DNA of 64,000 nt from an uncultured Clostridia bacterium (GTDB taxonomy: Bacteria; Bacillota; Clostridia; TANB77; CAG-508): NCBI GenBank assembly GCA_934168365.1, contig CAKPNJ010000006.1:937-64936 (forward strand), given 5' to 3'. Within the stretch, counting starts at the first letter, position 1. The number at the start of each line of letters is the position of its first letter. A program made the position numbers and the translations under genes. The notes beneath the pieces are model-generated. The model saw nothing but the letters and a program-made list of their open reading frames with translations, was not told the DNA's origin and did no database searches. Below are positions 8,483 through 18,001 of the stretch, piece by piece.

Positions 8483-9478
8483 TTATGTAATATATTTTCT
8501 ATGTGAATTTTTTACATTATTTTGATTTACCATAGCATATTCCATTGTGGTATCTATTTTTATATGCCCTAATAATTTTTGCACTTGTTCAATTGGCATT
8601 CCTTTGTCTATTGCCATTGTAGCCATTGTTCTTCTAAATTTATGTGGATGTACTTTATTTATATTTGCTTTTTTTCCTAGATTTCTAATAGCAATCTCAA
8701 TTCCTGATATTCCTAATCTGTTATATGGTTTTATAAGAGATACAAATAGTGCTTCATTGTCATCAGTTCTTGTTTCAAGATATTTCTTTATATACATTTT
8801 ACTCTTTGCACTAAAATAAACCTCTCTTTCACTATTACCTTTTCCTAAAACAATACAACTTCTTTCTTGAAAATTTATATCTGATATATTTAGTCTTGTA
8901 ATTTCTCCAACTCTCATACCAGTTGATATTAATAGTTCTAATATCGCTAAGTCTCTTACATTTGAACAAGTATCTCTTAACTTTTCCAAATTTTCATCTG
9001 TTAGTGTTTCTTTAACTCTTCTAGTTGTTTTTACTTTATGAATCCTTCTAACTGGACTTTTTACAATATAATCTTCGTTTTCCAACCAAGCAAAGAAACT
9101 TGATAATGTTCTTCTTATATTGTATATTGTTACCATACCTGCATTTGAATTACTTTTATAATCTGATAAATAGTTTCTTAATATTTCAGTAGTAATTTCA
9201 TTTATTGGAAGATTTACAGTATCAAGCATTTTATTTATATTATCTCTGTAGTAATTTAAAGTTCTTGTTGAGCACCCTTCAATTTCCTTAGATGCTATAA
9301 ATCTTTTTAAAATATCTTCATTATTTTTTTGTGTTTCTTTGCATTTAGCTTGTTCTTTTATTTCTATTTAATAATTTAAGCATATTTCTATAAGTATTTC
9401 TCTTAATTTTATTCTTTGGTTATCATCTAAGAAGTCTGCCATTTTAGTAGTTACTTCTTTGATAAATAACTCTTTCAC
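8483..9478 (-). pseudogene. tyrosine recombinase/integrase with in-frame TAA at 9368..9370
   Basis: C-terminal HPHKFRRT...LLGH...Y catalytic motifs. The frame extends upstream (RBS AAGGAG + GTG 9478: VKELFIKEVTTKMADFLDDNQRIKLREILIEICLNY*IEIKEQ...EGCSTRTLNYYRDNINK) across one stop. Confidence 0.75.
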
Positions 9479-9505
9479 TTACATTTTCTCCTTTCTTTGT
9501 AATTA

Positions 9506-9539
9506 AAAGAAGAATAGATTTTTATTTCTATTCTTCTTT
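9506..9539 (-). terminator. intrinsic terminator after the anti-sigma gene
   Basis: AAAGAAGAATAGA...TCTATTCTTCTTT hairpin plus U-run. Confidence 0.6.
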
Positions 9540-9544
9540 GGCTA

Positions 9545-10402
9545 TTATTCATTTACTATATAACCTGTTGTATCTGGTTTTACAATATCGCTATCTTTTA
9601 CAATATTAAATTTATATTCATAATCAACTACTGCATCATTTTTTCTTGTTATTTCTTTATTTGATTTTTCTATATTTCTAACTGCCAATCCTGTTTCTTT
9701 ATCTATATACCTTTCATAACTATTTCCTTTAATAACATAACACTCTTTTCCATTACAATAAGTAGAATCAATTCCTGTTATTAAGGCATATTGGAGATTT
9801 GCTAATATTCCATCTGCTACATAAGTTACAGGCAATATATATCCACCTATCATTGTTTCTGCATTTAGTACATATTTTTTTCCCTCTGATTCTGTCATAA
9901 ATAGTTGTTCTTCGCCTTTTCTATAATAAGTTATTTTTTGAATATTACTTCCATTAACAACTTTAGTAAGTGTAGTCAAGTAATCTTCTCCTTTATTATA
10001 ACTTTCTGTTATAGTTAAAGTATCTCCTCGGTATGAATATAATCTCACATAATAATTATCGTTTATTTGGTTTTCAGTTGCCTTTCCAGAAAGTGAAGAC
10101 ATTATAATTGTTCTTCTTCCTACAAGTATTACATATATCAAGATTATAATTAATAATGCATATTTTAAAATTTTTAATTTCTTATTATATTTTTTAATAT
10201 ATTTTACTTCTCTATCATCTCTTTTTGTATTACTTACTTTAATTTCTTTTTGCATATTTTCTAATACTTTTTGACATTCAGGACACACTTTTAAATGTTC
10301 CTCAATAAAACGATTTGTTTCTTCATTTGTTAAATTTTCAATGTAATTTGGCAATAAATCTTGAACAATTTTACAATTTGTTTTCTCTTTCATATTAATC
10401 AA
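9545..10402 (-). CDS. anti-sigma factor (zf-HC2, one TM, LolA/DUF4367-like extracellular domain)
   Basis: HLKVCPECQ zinc-finger motif, TM helix, 8-nt overlap with the upstream ECF sigma gene. Confidence 0.7.
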   Translation of the reverse strand: MINMKEKTNCKIVQDLLPNYIENLTNEETNRFIEEHLKVCPECQKVLENMQKEIKVSNTKRDDREVKYIKKYNKKLKILKYALLIIILIYVILVGRRTIIMSSLSGKATENQINDNYYVRLYSYRGDTLTITESYNKGEDYLTTLTKVVNGSNIQKITYYRKGEEQLFMTESEGKKYVLNAETMIGGYILPVTYVADGILANLQYALITGIDSTYCNGKECYVIKGNSYERYIDKETGLAVRNIEKSNKEITRKNDAVVDYEYKFNIVKDSDIVKPDTTGYIVNE

Positions 10403-10874
10403 CCTCCTTTAATTGATTTTTTCCTCGATAAAATGTTACTCTAGCCCAGTTTTCTGTTTTATTCAAAATAATTCCTATTTCTTTAAAACTAAGTTCTCCT
10501 GTTATCCTTAAATACACCACTTCTCTTGTTTTCTCATCTAAATACTGCATTTTTTTATATAGTGAAATCTTTTCATCATTTGAAATAACTTGTTCTTCTA
10601 ATGTATTTAATGCTTGTACATTTAATAAATTTGCTTCTTCTGTTTCTACAAACTTTTTATTCTTTCTACATTGGTCATACCAAAGATTTTTAGCAATTTG
10701 ACATAGCCATACTGACATCTTACATTCGCCCTTATATGTATCAATTTTCTTTACTGCTTTATAAAAAGTTTCTTGGGTAAGTTCTTCAGAAATATCATTA
10801 TTATGAGTTAAACAGAATAAGTATTTGTTTACTGTTTCAAAATATTCTTCGTATATTTTTTCCATATCCTGCAT
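10395..10874 (-). CDS. ECF-type RNA polymerase sigma-70 factor
   Basis: Region 2 (ELTQETFYKAV) and region 4 (SFKEIGIILNKTENWARVTFYRG). Start at MQDMEK behind AAGGAGG. Confidence 0.8.
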   Translation of the reverse strand: MQDMEKIYEEYFETVNKYLFCLTHNNDISEELTQETFYKAVKKIDTYKGECKMSVWLCQIAKNLWYDQCRKNKKFVETEEANLLNVQALNTLEEQVISNDEKISLYKKMQYLDEKTREVVYLRITGELSFKEIGIILNKTENWARVTFYRGKNQLKEVD

Positions 10875-10968
10875 AACTTTTATCCTCCTTTGCATATATG
10901 ACGTATGAAATTTCATTTAGTTACAAAATTTCCAAAAAAATTTTGTATATTACATCAAAAATAGTGAA

Positions 10969-11256
10969 CTATTTGCTAATTAAGGTCAGCGTCAACTTAC
11001 TATTTTTATTTCTTTCTATTATTTTTCTGGCATACGAACATGTTGCTTCTAAATTCTTATTCAGTGTTTGAGCATTCTGTACAACATTTTCTACAAGCTT
11101 CTTAGCTATTCCTTGTCCTTGATATGCACTATCAACTTCTGTATGTGTTATATTCCAAGTATCATTTATTTCTTCAAAATCACATTCTCCAATTTGCTTA
11201 TCTAAATCGTATGCCATGGATCTTTTTTCTTCTCTTTTAAACACTATTTTAATCAT
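10969..11256 (-). CDS. small GNAT-like acetyltransferase (YjdJ type)
   Basis: 95 aa; QGQGIAKKLV motif. Confidence 0.55.
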   Translation of the reverse strand: MIKIVFKREEKRSMAYDLDKQIGECDFEEINDTWNITHTEVDSAYQGQGIAKKLVENVVQNAQTLNKNLEATCSYARKIIERNKNSKLTLTLISK

Positions 11257-11366
11257 AAATATCTTCCTCTTTAAATTTTTTCATGATATGTTATTTTTTA
11301 TAGAAGTGAAAATCACAACAATCTCCATCATATCCTAAAGTTTTGTTTCGTGAAAATCCTATTTTT

Positions 11367-11666
11367 TTACTTCTTAATTGGTAAACATTTGCAAGTTTCA
11401 ATTACAATTTCTTTTAATCGTTCCTTATTATCAACATCATCAACCAAATACATTGGCTTTGAACCATCATAAGGTATTGATTCCTGCATGTTATATTTTT
11501 TGTTGCTTTCTACCATCTTAACAAGTAACCTATTATCATATATTCCACCAAATAGTAAATTATTGTAATATAATAAATATTCTCCCATCATTGCTTTACA
11601 ATTTATATTATCTAATAAGCCTAATTGTTCTAAGATAAAATCTTTATATTCTTTTGATGTTGCCAT
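11367..11666 (-). CDS. TfoX N-terminal domain protein
   Basis: 99 aa; KAMMGEYLLYYNN..FGGIYDNRLLVK pattern. Confidence 0.6.
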   Translation of the reverse strand: MATSKEYKDFILEQLGLLDNINCKAMMGEYLLYYNNLLFGGIYDNRLLVKMVESNKKYNMQESIPYDGSKPMYLVDDVDNKERLKEIVIETCKCLPIKK

Positions 11667-11687
11667 AATAAGCCTCCTATAAATTTG

Positions 11688-12443
11688 TTATTTTACTTTG
11701 TAAATAGCTGTCAGATTCTTTTCGTCATCAGTATTTTCTTCTACATATAAAGTTCTTTCATATTTAAGATTATTTTTATTTAAACATAAATCTAGAAAAC
11801 ATAGGAATATTCCAATATCAATTTTATTGTAATATTTAACCATATCTATTGGCATAATGCCTCTTTTTCCTTCTTTCATATACCTATAAACCTTAAGTTC
11901 GTTTTTTAAAGAATCAACAATCCATGGTTGAGTATTACAAGCACTTGGTGCAAACCTTACAATATTTGCAATATCTAAATAATAATCTCCATTCCAAATT
12001 TCAGATAATTCTTTTCTTTTACTTTTATACATATCTTTTCTAAATTTAGTTTCCGAATCTACTTTTGCTATTGCAATCATTATTACAAAATCAAGTCCGT
12101 CTAATTGTTTTTCTTCTACCTTGCCAATGCCAAACCAAAGTGTGCCAATGTTTTTAGATACTAAATATAAATCTAGTTGTTCTCCTATATATCCTATGTT
12201 TTGTAAATAATTATCTTTCTTTTCTGAATAAAGTAAAATACAATATTCTTGTCCTCTTCTGCAATTTGTTGAATCTTTAACAATTTTCATCTTCACCTTA
12301 ATATCATCTACTAATGGAACCAAACTATTAAACTCATTTTCAATTTCTTTAAGTTCTTTATCTGTAATATGTTCATTTCCTATATTTCTAAACAAGTGAA
12401 AAGATTTTCTTTTAAAAATCATATTATATAAATCATTATTCAT
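11688..12443 (-). CDS. nitroreductase family protein
   Basis: 251 aa; N-terminal KRKSFHLFRN and SACNTQPW motif. Confidence 0.7.
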   Translation of the reverse strand: MNNDLYNMIFKRKSFHLFRNIGNEHITDKELKEIENEFNSLVPLVDDIKVKMKIVKDSTNCRRGQEYCILLYSEKKDNYLQNIGYIGEQLDLYLVSKNIGTLWFGIGKVEEKQLDGLDFVIMIAIAKVDSETKFRKDMYKSKRKELSEIWNGDYYLDIANIVRFAPSACNTQPWIVDSLKNELKVYRYMKEGKRGIMPIDMVKYYNKIDIGIFLCFLDLCLNKNNLKYERTLYVEENTDDEKNLTAIYKVK

Positions 12444-12494
12444 TTTTTTACCTCAATAACTTCTTCTTTATCTTTTCCACTATGATTATACAAT

Positions 12495-12526
12495 AAAAGA
12501 CAGATAGTTTCAATTATCTGTCTTTT
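12495..12526 (-). terminator. intrinsic terminator (CAGATA hairpin family)
   Basis: AAAAGACAGATA-gtttcaat-TATCTGTCTTTT. Confidence 0.6.
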
Positions 12527-12530
12527 ATAT

Positions 12531-12689
12531 TTATATATATCCATACTGCTTTCTGTTCTTTGCAAAGCATATTATACTAACTATAATTGCTAATATTTCA
12601 GCAAATACAACTGATAGCCATATTCCAAGTAACCATCCAACCATTATGCCTATTTGAGATAATAAAATAGTTTCTATATAAATATACAT
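12531..12689 (-). CDS. small hydrophobic protein (52 aa), below the ORF-track cutoff
   Basis: GAGGT RBS 6 nt before the ATG; MYIYIETILLSQIGIMVGWLLGIWLSVVFAEILAIIVSIICFAKNRKQYGYI; followed by its own terminator. Confidence 0.3.
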   Translation of the reverse strand: MYIYIETILLSQIGIMVGWLLGIWLSVVFAEILAIIVSIICFAKNRKQYGYI

Positions 12690-12728
12690 TGTTACCTCAT
12701 TGTCTCTAAATTTCGTAAATAATTTATC

Positions 12729-13355
12729 TTAAATTTGTTCTAATTCAATTAATTCATTACCACTAAATGTTAATTTTAGTAAACATGGGGATTTTATATT
12801 TAATACTTTTTCATTATTATATACAAGTTTTACATCTTTATTTACATTACACCAATTTAATAAGAAAAACTTGATAGAGCCTCCATGACTAACTACTGCT
12901 ATTCTTTTTCCACAATATTCTTTAAGTATTTTATCAAAAAAAATATTCATTCTTTCTCTTGTCTGTTCTGCACTTTCGCCATCTGATGTTCTAAATGTTC
13001 TGTCTAGAAGCTGCTCTTGTGAAGGATCTCGAGTAGCCTTATCTTTCATAAATTCACCTAATTCTTTTAAATTTCCTAATTTTCTTTCACCTAAATCACT
13101 ATCTAAATTAAGAGGTAAATTGTTTACATTAGAAATATATTTGGCAGTTGCTTTTGCTCTAGTATAGTTACTTGACCATATTACATCTAGGTTCTGCAAT
13201 TCTTTATTTTCACTTAGTCTTTTGGCTTGTTCTTCTCCTGCAACTGATAATATTTCTTTTTCGTTAATTGATTGTGAATCTTCATTTGTATTTCTTATAC
13301 CATTTTCAGTAACAGTTTCTGCATGTCTTATTAAATAAACAATAGTGTTTCTCAT
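12729..13355 (-). CDS. histidine phosphatase (phosphoglycerate-mutase-like) family protein
   Basis: LIRHAET catalytic RHG-type motif; SHGG near the C-terminus. Confidence 0.8.
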   Translation of the reverse strand: MRNTIVYLIRHAETVTENGIRNTNEDSQSINEKEILSVAGEEQAKRLSENKELQNLDVIWSSNYTRAKATAKYISNVNNLPLNLDSDLGERKLGNLKELGEFMKDKATRDPSQEQLLDRTFRTSDGESAEQTRERMNIFFDKILKEYCGKRIAVVSHGGSIKFFLLNWCNVNKDVKLVYNNEKVLNIKSPCLLKLTFSGNELIELEQI

Positions 13356-13357
13356 AA

Positions 13358-14266
13358 CTACATTTCCTTTCTGCTCTTTACGTTCCCAAATCTAACACAA
13401 ATTGATGTGAATTTTTCTCTCTTTTTATTTAATATTCCATCAAGTTCATCTGCAACATTTTTAAAATCTGCTTTCATAAAATGTGTAATTATGTATTCAG
13501 TATTTGCTATATCTTTTGAATATTTATAGCAGAATTCTCTGATTGGTGCAGAAATATCAAATACCCAAATAGGAGATACAATTATTACTTTTTTATATTG
13601 TTTTAGTTCTACATTTATATCTTCTATTGGCATTTTCCACTTGTGCATACCATATCTTCCACACCACCAAAATCCTAATGTATTTTCTGTTTTTTCTTTT
13701 GCCTTTATTTCAAGTATTTCAGCTCCTGTTTTATCTGCTTCTTCATAAGCTATTTTCTTTGTATAGCCCATTCTCGAAAAATATACAACAATGTTTTCTT
13801 CGTTTCTTCCTATGTTTTTATAGTCATTTAAGTCAAATTTGAAATTTTCTTGTGTGTAGAATACATACGTAATATAACCTGCTATTAGTTGCATTATCCC
13901 CAAAATGAAATAGGTTGTTGACAGTATATTCATTGGAAAAATAATAAATTGGATTATAATCCAAAGCATAAGTGTGAATCCAAATACTGTTCCTAATATT
14001 ATTCCTATTTTTTTGTTTTTTATAATTAAATACGCTGCTATTAAGTTTGGTATTCCATTTACTATTAATAAACATATTCCTGAAAATATGTAATTTTGAA
14101 ATAATATATCGCTAAAAGCTAATACTTGAAAATATGGTAGCATTTCATTCATTTGAAGTAATTTGCCTGTTGGATCAATTAGCATACATGCACTTCCATA
14201 AACTGCTGCAATTCCAATAAACAAACACCAAAATAGTAGAATCTTCTTAATTCTCTTATATCTCAT
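13358..14266 (-). CDS. membrane protein with C-terminal flavodoxin-like domain
   Basis: About 4 N-terminal TM helices, then IVVYFSRMGYTKKIA...VSPIW flavodoxin-like pattern. Confidence 0.55.
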   Translation of the reverse strand: MRYKRIKKILLFWCLFIGIAAVYGSACMLIDPTGKLLQMNEMLPYFQVLAFSDILFQNYIFSGICLLIVNGIPNLIAAYLIIKNKKIGIILGTVFGFTLMLWIIIQFIIFPMNILSTTYFILGIMQLIAGYITYVFYTQENFKFDLNDYKNIGRNEENIVVYFSRMGYTKKIAYEEADKTGAEILEIKAKEKTENTLGFWWCGRYGMHKWKMPIEDINVELKQYKKVIIVSPIWVFDISAPIREFCYKYSKDIANTEYIITHFMKADFKNVADELDGILNKKREKFTSICVRFGNVKSRKEM

Positions 14267-14922
14267 TTTATGTTTCCTTCTTTCTGTTCTTCTGGTAATA
14301 ATTTTTTAATTGAACTTATATATATAACTAAATATGATATTGATAACAAGAATCCACCTAGTACATCACTTGTATAATGTACTCCAAGATAAATCCTGCT
14401 TATACCTATTAAACAAATTAATATACTTAATATTGTAATTAATGTCCATTTTACATATTTATTTTTGATATATCTATAAATTAAATATATCAAATATCCA
14501 TAAAAAGCCATGCTTACCATTGAATGCCCCGAAGGAAAACTATATCCTGTTTCTTCAACTATTCTAAATTCAGTTGGTCTTGGTCTTTGTAATATTCTTT
14601 TCAATAACTGATTTAAAACTGCAATAATAACTATGTTCGAAATAATTGATAGACCAATTTTTTTATTTTTTATAAATAAAAATAACATAACTGTTGCAAT
14701 TGATAAAAATATTGCCCCACCAAAATTAGTTATAAATTTTGCTATTGGTGTTACAAAATCAGATATTAAAAATGTTGATATAAGTTTATATCCAATAATG
14801 TCTCCATACATTATTTCTTTATTAAAAACATCTTCTGCTAATGCTAAAAATCCCACTAAGCAAATAAATAGTACAACCCATTTTAGATTTTTCTTTATAA
14901 ACTCTTTCCAATCTTCTTTCAT
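14263..14922 (-). CDS. PAP2-family phosphatase
   Basis: KRILQRPRP...PSGHS...SRIYLGVHYTSDV acid-phosphatase motifs. Confidence 0.8.
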   Translation of the reverse strand: MKEDWKEFIKKNLKWVVLFICLVGFLALAEDVFNKEIMYGDIIGYKLISTFLISDFVTPIAKFITNFGGAIFLSIATVMLFLFIKNKKIGLSIISNIVIIAVLNQLLKRILQRPRPTEFRIVEETGYSFPSGHSMVSMAFYGYLIYLIYRYIKNKYVKWTLITILSILICLIGISRIYLGVHYTSDVLGGFLLSISYLVIYISSIKKLLPEEQKEGNIK

Positions 14923-14983
14923 TTTTTCGCCTCTTATTTCTTTTGTTTTTTACTAATTATTACTGCATAATTATATAATAAAT

Positions 14984-15011
14984 GGCAGATAATTTCAACC
15001 AATTATCTGCC
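14984..15011 (-). terminator. intrinsic terminator (CAGATA hairpin family)
   Basis: GGCAGATAATT-tcaacc-AATTATCTGCC. Confidence 0.6.
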
Positions 15012-15033
15012 ACACTTTTTATTTCATTTTTTA

Positions 15034-15486
15034 TTAAATTTCAAACTTATATAAACTTTCTCCTGATTTTAGCTTTTTTATAAAAACAGCTCCAAATTTT
15101 TCATAATAATTTTTCAAATTTGTTTTTAAATACAATGTTAAAAATCCTCTGTCTTTTGCTTCTTTTAATATTGCATTATTTAATATTCTCGAATATCCAT
15201 GATTTCTATATTCTTTTCTAACATACATTGTAGCATACCATGGAGTTAACTCTTTTTCTTCTTCACACTCTTCTGGGAATATTGATATAAAGCCCACTAG
15301 TTCATTATTTTCCACTAAAATCAATTTGCAAAATGCTTTATTACTAAACATACAACAAATCTTTTCTTTTTTTCTTTTAATTCTTTCTTCTTTATTTTCT
15401 TCTTTGTTGTCTGCCCATTCTTCATATTCTAATCTTGCAACTTCGTCTAGATATTCTAATTTATCTTTTAAATTATATATTGTCAT
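15034..15486 (-). CDS. GNAT family N-acetyltransferase
   Basis: 150 aa; RNHGYSRILNNAILKEA acetyl-CoA-binding-like motif. Confidence 0.7.
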   Translation of the reverse strand: MTIYNLKDKLEYLDEVARLEYEEWADNKEENKEERIKRKKEKICCMFSNKAFCKLILVENNELVGFISIFPEECEEEKELTPWYATMYVRKEYRNHGYSRILNNAILKEAKDRGFLTLYLKTNLKNYYEKFGAVFIKKLKSGESLYKFEI

Positions 15487-15498
15487 ATTTTACCTCTA

Positions 15499-16044
15499 TT
15501 ATTTGTTACATAATTCTAATACTTTTCTCATTGTATTTGCAGTTCTTATCGTTATTTTATCACTAATACTTGTACTAGCAGTTTTTGGCCACCAGTTTGT
15601 TTTTCTATATTCTTTTAATTTATAAGACCAGAAAATAATATTGTTGTATTCCTGAATTTTTTCAAGATTTTCTTTTGGCTCTCCAATAGTATTATATACC
15701 TCTTCATATTTTGTTGGTGGAATTATAAAAATCATGTTATCATATATTTCTTTGTTATTTGTTTCCCACCATTCAGGAGTATGTTTTAATATGTCTTCAA
15801 GTTCAGGTGCAGTTGTAACATAAACAGGTATTTCAAGATTAAATCTTTCTTTTATCATTCGTTGAATATTTTCTTTTATTACTTCTTTGTTATCTATTTC
15901 ACTTTGAAAAATAGCATTTCCACTGTTCAAATATGTACTTACGTTTTCAAAACCAATTTTCTCTAGTCCTGCTTTTAATTCATTCATTGATATTTTGTTT
16001 TTACCACTTATATTTATTCCTCTTAATAATACAATATATTTCAT
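15499..16044 (-). CDS. DUF1697 family protein
   Basis: MKYIVLLRGINISGKNKISM..L N-terminus typical of DUF1697. Confidence 0.7.
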   Translation of the reverse strand: MKYIVLLRGINISGKNKISMNELKAGLEKIGFENVSTYLNSGNAIFQSEIDNKEVIKENIQRMIKERFNLEIPVYVTTAPELEDILKHTPEWWETNNKEIYDNMIFIIPPTKYEEVYNTIGEPKENLEKIQEYNNIIFWSYKLKEYRKTNWWPKTASTSISDKITIRTANTMRKVLELCNK

Positions 16045-16062
16045 TCTTTTCTCACTTTCAAT

Positions 16063-16266
16063 TTATATTTTATTGAATATAACTGTTTTTTCTTTCATTG
16101 ATATTTTGCCAACTTCATAACCATAATCTTTTAATTCTTTTTTGTAACTTAAAAAGGAATGATCTATTTCAAATCCAAGAATGTTTTTTATTTCTTCATA
16201 AGTCAGTTTATAGCTTTCCTTTTTATTTTCTTTTAGATAGTTCCATAATGGTTCATATTTACTCAT
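16063..16266 (-). CDS. small hypothetical protein
   Basis: 67-aa ORF in the operon-like gap after DUF1697; no family recognised. Confidence 0.4.
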   Translation of the reverse strand: MSKYEPLWNYLKENKKESYKLTYEEIKNILGFEIDHSFLSYKKELKDYGYEVGKISMKEKTVIFNKI

Positions 16267-16308
16267 ATTTTACCTCACAAATTTTCTAGTTATTATTATA
16301 TAACAGAA

Positions 16309-16339
16309 AGGCAGATACTTTCAACTAAATATCTGCCTC
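16309..16339 (-). terminator. intrinsic terminator (CAGATA hairpin family)
   Basis: AGGCAGATAcTT-tcaact-AAaTATCTGCCT. Confidence 0.6.
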
Positions 16340-16416
16340 TTTTTATATGTTATACTTTTCATCTTCTATTTCCGCTTCTAAAATAGATAAATTCACGACT
16401 TACTTATCGTAGAGTA

Positions 16417-17106
16417 TTAGACCTTTTCATATAGCACATAATCATTATTATAATTAAGCATTATTTCTTTTTCTCCACTTGGATAAACTCCTGCATTTAA
16501 TAATTCTTTTGAGTTTGTTTCTCCATCTACTTTTGGTACATAGTCTGAATCAATTAATTGGTCAATAGTTCCTATTTGAGCTGCTCCACCAATATAATCA
16601 ATTATTTTATTTGATTTAGTATATAATGTTCCATTAAATTTTACTAATGGTTCTTCTGCATATTTACCTTCTTTAAAATCTGCTACCTTTTCATATTCAC
16701 CATATTTTTTGTCATCTAGAAGTTCTATTTTTTCTATTTCTTGTAATGGTGTTGGCACTACATCTGGTATAGTTTCATCTGTAATTGTTATTGCAATATT
16801 ATTTTTTACACCTAAATCAGATACAGGTATTTTTACACCTCTCCATACAATATCAGTACTTTCTTTTATAGAAAAATTGTATTTTCCTCTCCAGTTTATG
16901 TTATTTACATCAAGTCCTGTTGCACTTATATGTATTGTTCCATTATTTTCCCTTATACTATCAATTTTTGCATAGAATGTTGTTCCTTCTGCTTTACGTA
17001 TTAATAAATCAGTTTTTGCTTTATTATATTGTCCTACTAATAAACCAATGACAAAGCTTATACAAACTGCAAATATCACTCCTATTATAATAAATGTTTT
17101 TTTCAT
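16417..17106 (-). CDS. membrane-anchored hypothetical protein downstream of the sigma-TM fusion
   Basis: Start at MKKTFIIIG behind GAGGTG; single N-terminal TM helix. Confidence 0.5.
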   Translation of the reverse strand: MKKTFIIIGVIFAVCISFVIGLLVGQYNKAKTDLLIRKAEGTTFYAKIDSIRENNGTIHISATGLDVNNINWRGKYNFSIKESTDIVWRGVKIPVSDLGVKNNIAITITDETIPDVVPTPLQEIEKIELLDDKKYGEYEKVADFKEGKYAEEPLVKFNGTLYTKSNKIIDYIGGAAQIGTIDQLIDSDYVPKVDGETNSKELLNAGVYPSGEKEIMLNYNNDYVLYEKV

Positions 17107-17130
17107 ATTTATCACCTCTTAACCTTTCTA

Positions 17131-17973
17131 TTATTTAGACTTCTTTTTTCTTGCTTTTTGTTGGTGATTTTTATAAATAATTCCAAAAACTATAGTTAAT
17201 ACTAAAAATAATCCTGAAATTCCTAGAATCCCTATATCATAGTTATCCAATTGAATGTTTGCATCTTCTTTAATCGCTGTTGTTTCAGTTGTATCGTTCT
17301 TCTTAGTATTGTCATACACAGTATCACTCGCTATTTCGTTATTCTCAGTCACTTCATTTTTTATAGTAGTTTGTGGTATATTCTCTTTCTTTTTTAGTAT
17401 TCTACTTGCAAATATAGTAACAGATATAATAAACATAGATAAATTGCTTAATAATATTTTTAAAGAATGAACAGCTTTATAATATCTCCATTGTATTGTT
17501 CCTATTGGTTCTCCTAGTATTTGCGATATTTGCCTAAATGATAGATTAGATATGACTTTTAGTGATACTATTTCTTGTTCTTTTTTATCTAGTACTGATA
17601 TTATCTTATTATATGATTCTTTGTCTTCTACATTAAATATATTGTCACATTCATCACTTATATAATAAATTTCATCTATATTAATTGTATTTTTTTGTTT
17701 CTTTAGAAAAGTTATAGCTTCATTTTTAGTTACAGCATATAGCCAACTTGCTTCATTTTTGTCTGGTAAAATTTCTTTATTCATTTTCCATATTTTTAAA
17801 AATACCATTTGTTTAATGTCTTCACTATTTTCTTTATTTTTTAATATCGAAAATGCTATTCTATATACCAAATTACTACATTCATTATATAATTCATTAA
17901 ATGCTTCTTCTTGCTTATTCATTTTTAGCTCTGCAAAAAGTTTATGCAATTCTTGTTTGTTTATAAATTTCAT
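17131..17973 (-). CDS. ECF-like sigma factor fused to a C-terminal two-TM extension
   Basis: Sigma regions 2 and 4 (LSFRQISQILGEPIGTIQWRYYKAV) run directly into the TM helix SMFIISVTIFASRIL. A second TM (ILGISGLFLVLTIVFGIIY) lies near the C-terminus. Confidence 0.7.
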   Translation of the reverse strand: MKFINKQELHKLFAELKMNKQEEAFNELYNECSNLVYRIAFSILKNKENSEDIKQMVFLKIWKMNKEILPDKNEASWLYAVTKNEAITFLKKQKNTINIDEIYYISDECDNIFNVEDKESYNKIISVLDKKEQEIVSLKVISNLSFRQISQILGEPIGTIQWRYYKAVHSLKILLSNLSMFIISVTIFASRILKKKENIPQTTIKNEVTENNEIASDTVYDNTKKNDTTETTAIKEDANIQLDNYDIGILGISGLFLVLTIVFGIIYKNHQQKARKKKSK

Positions 17974-18001
17974 AATATTTTACCCCTATTATTAAGTGCT
18001 C

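Noticed and set aside
13833-14075. 80-aa minus-strand ORF nested inside 13358..14266 in another frame.
   Set aside because: It is Asn/Tyr-rich and low-complexity, has no RBS, and lies entirely within a better-supported gene.
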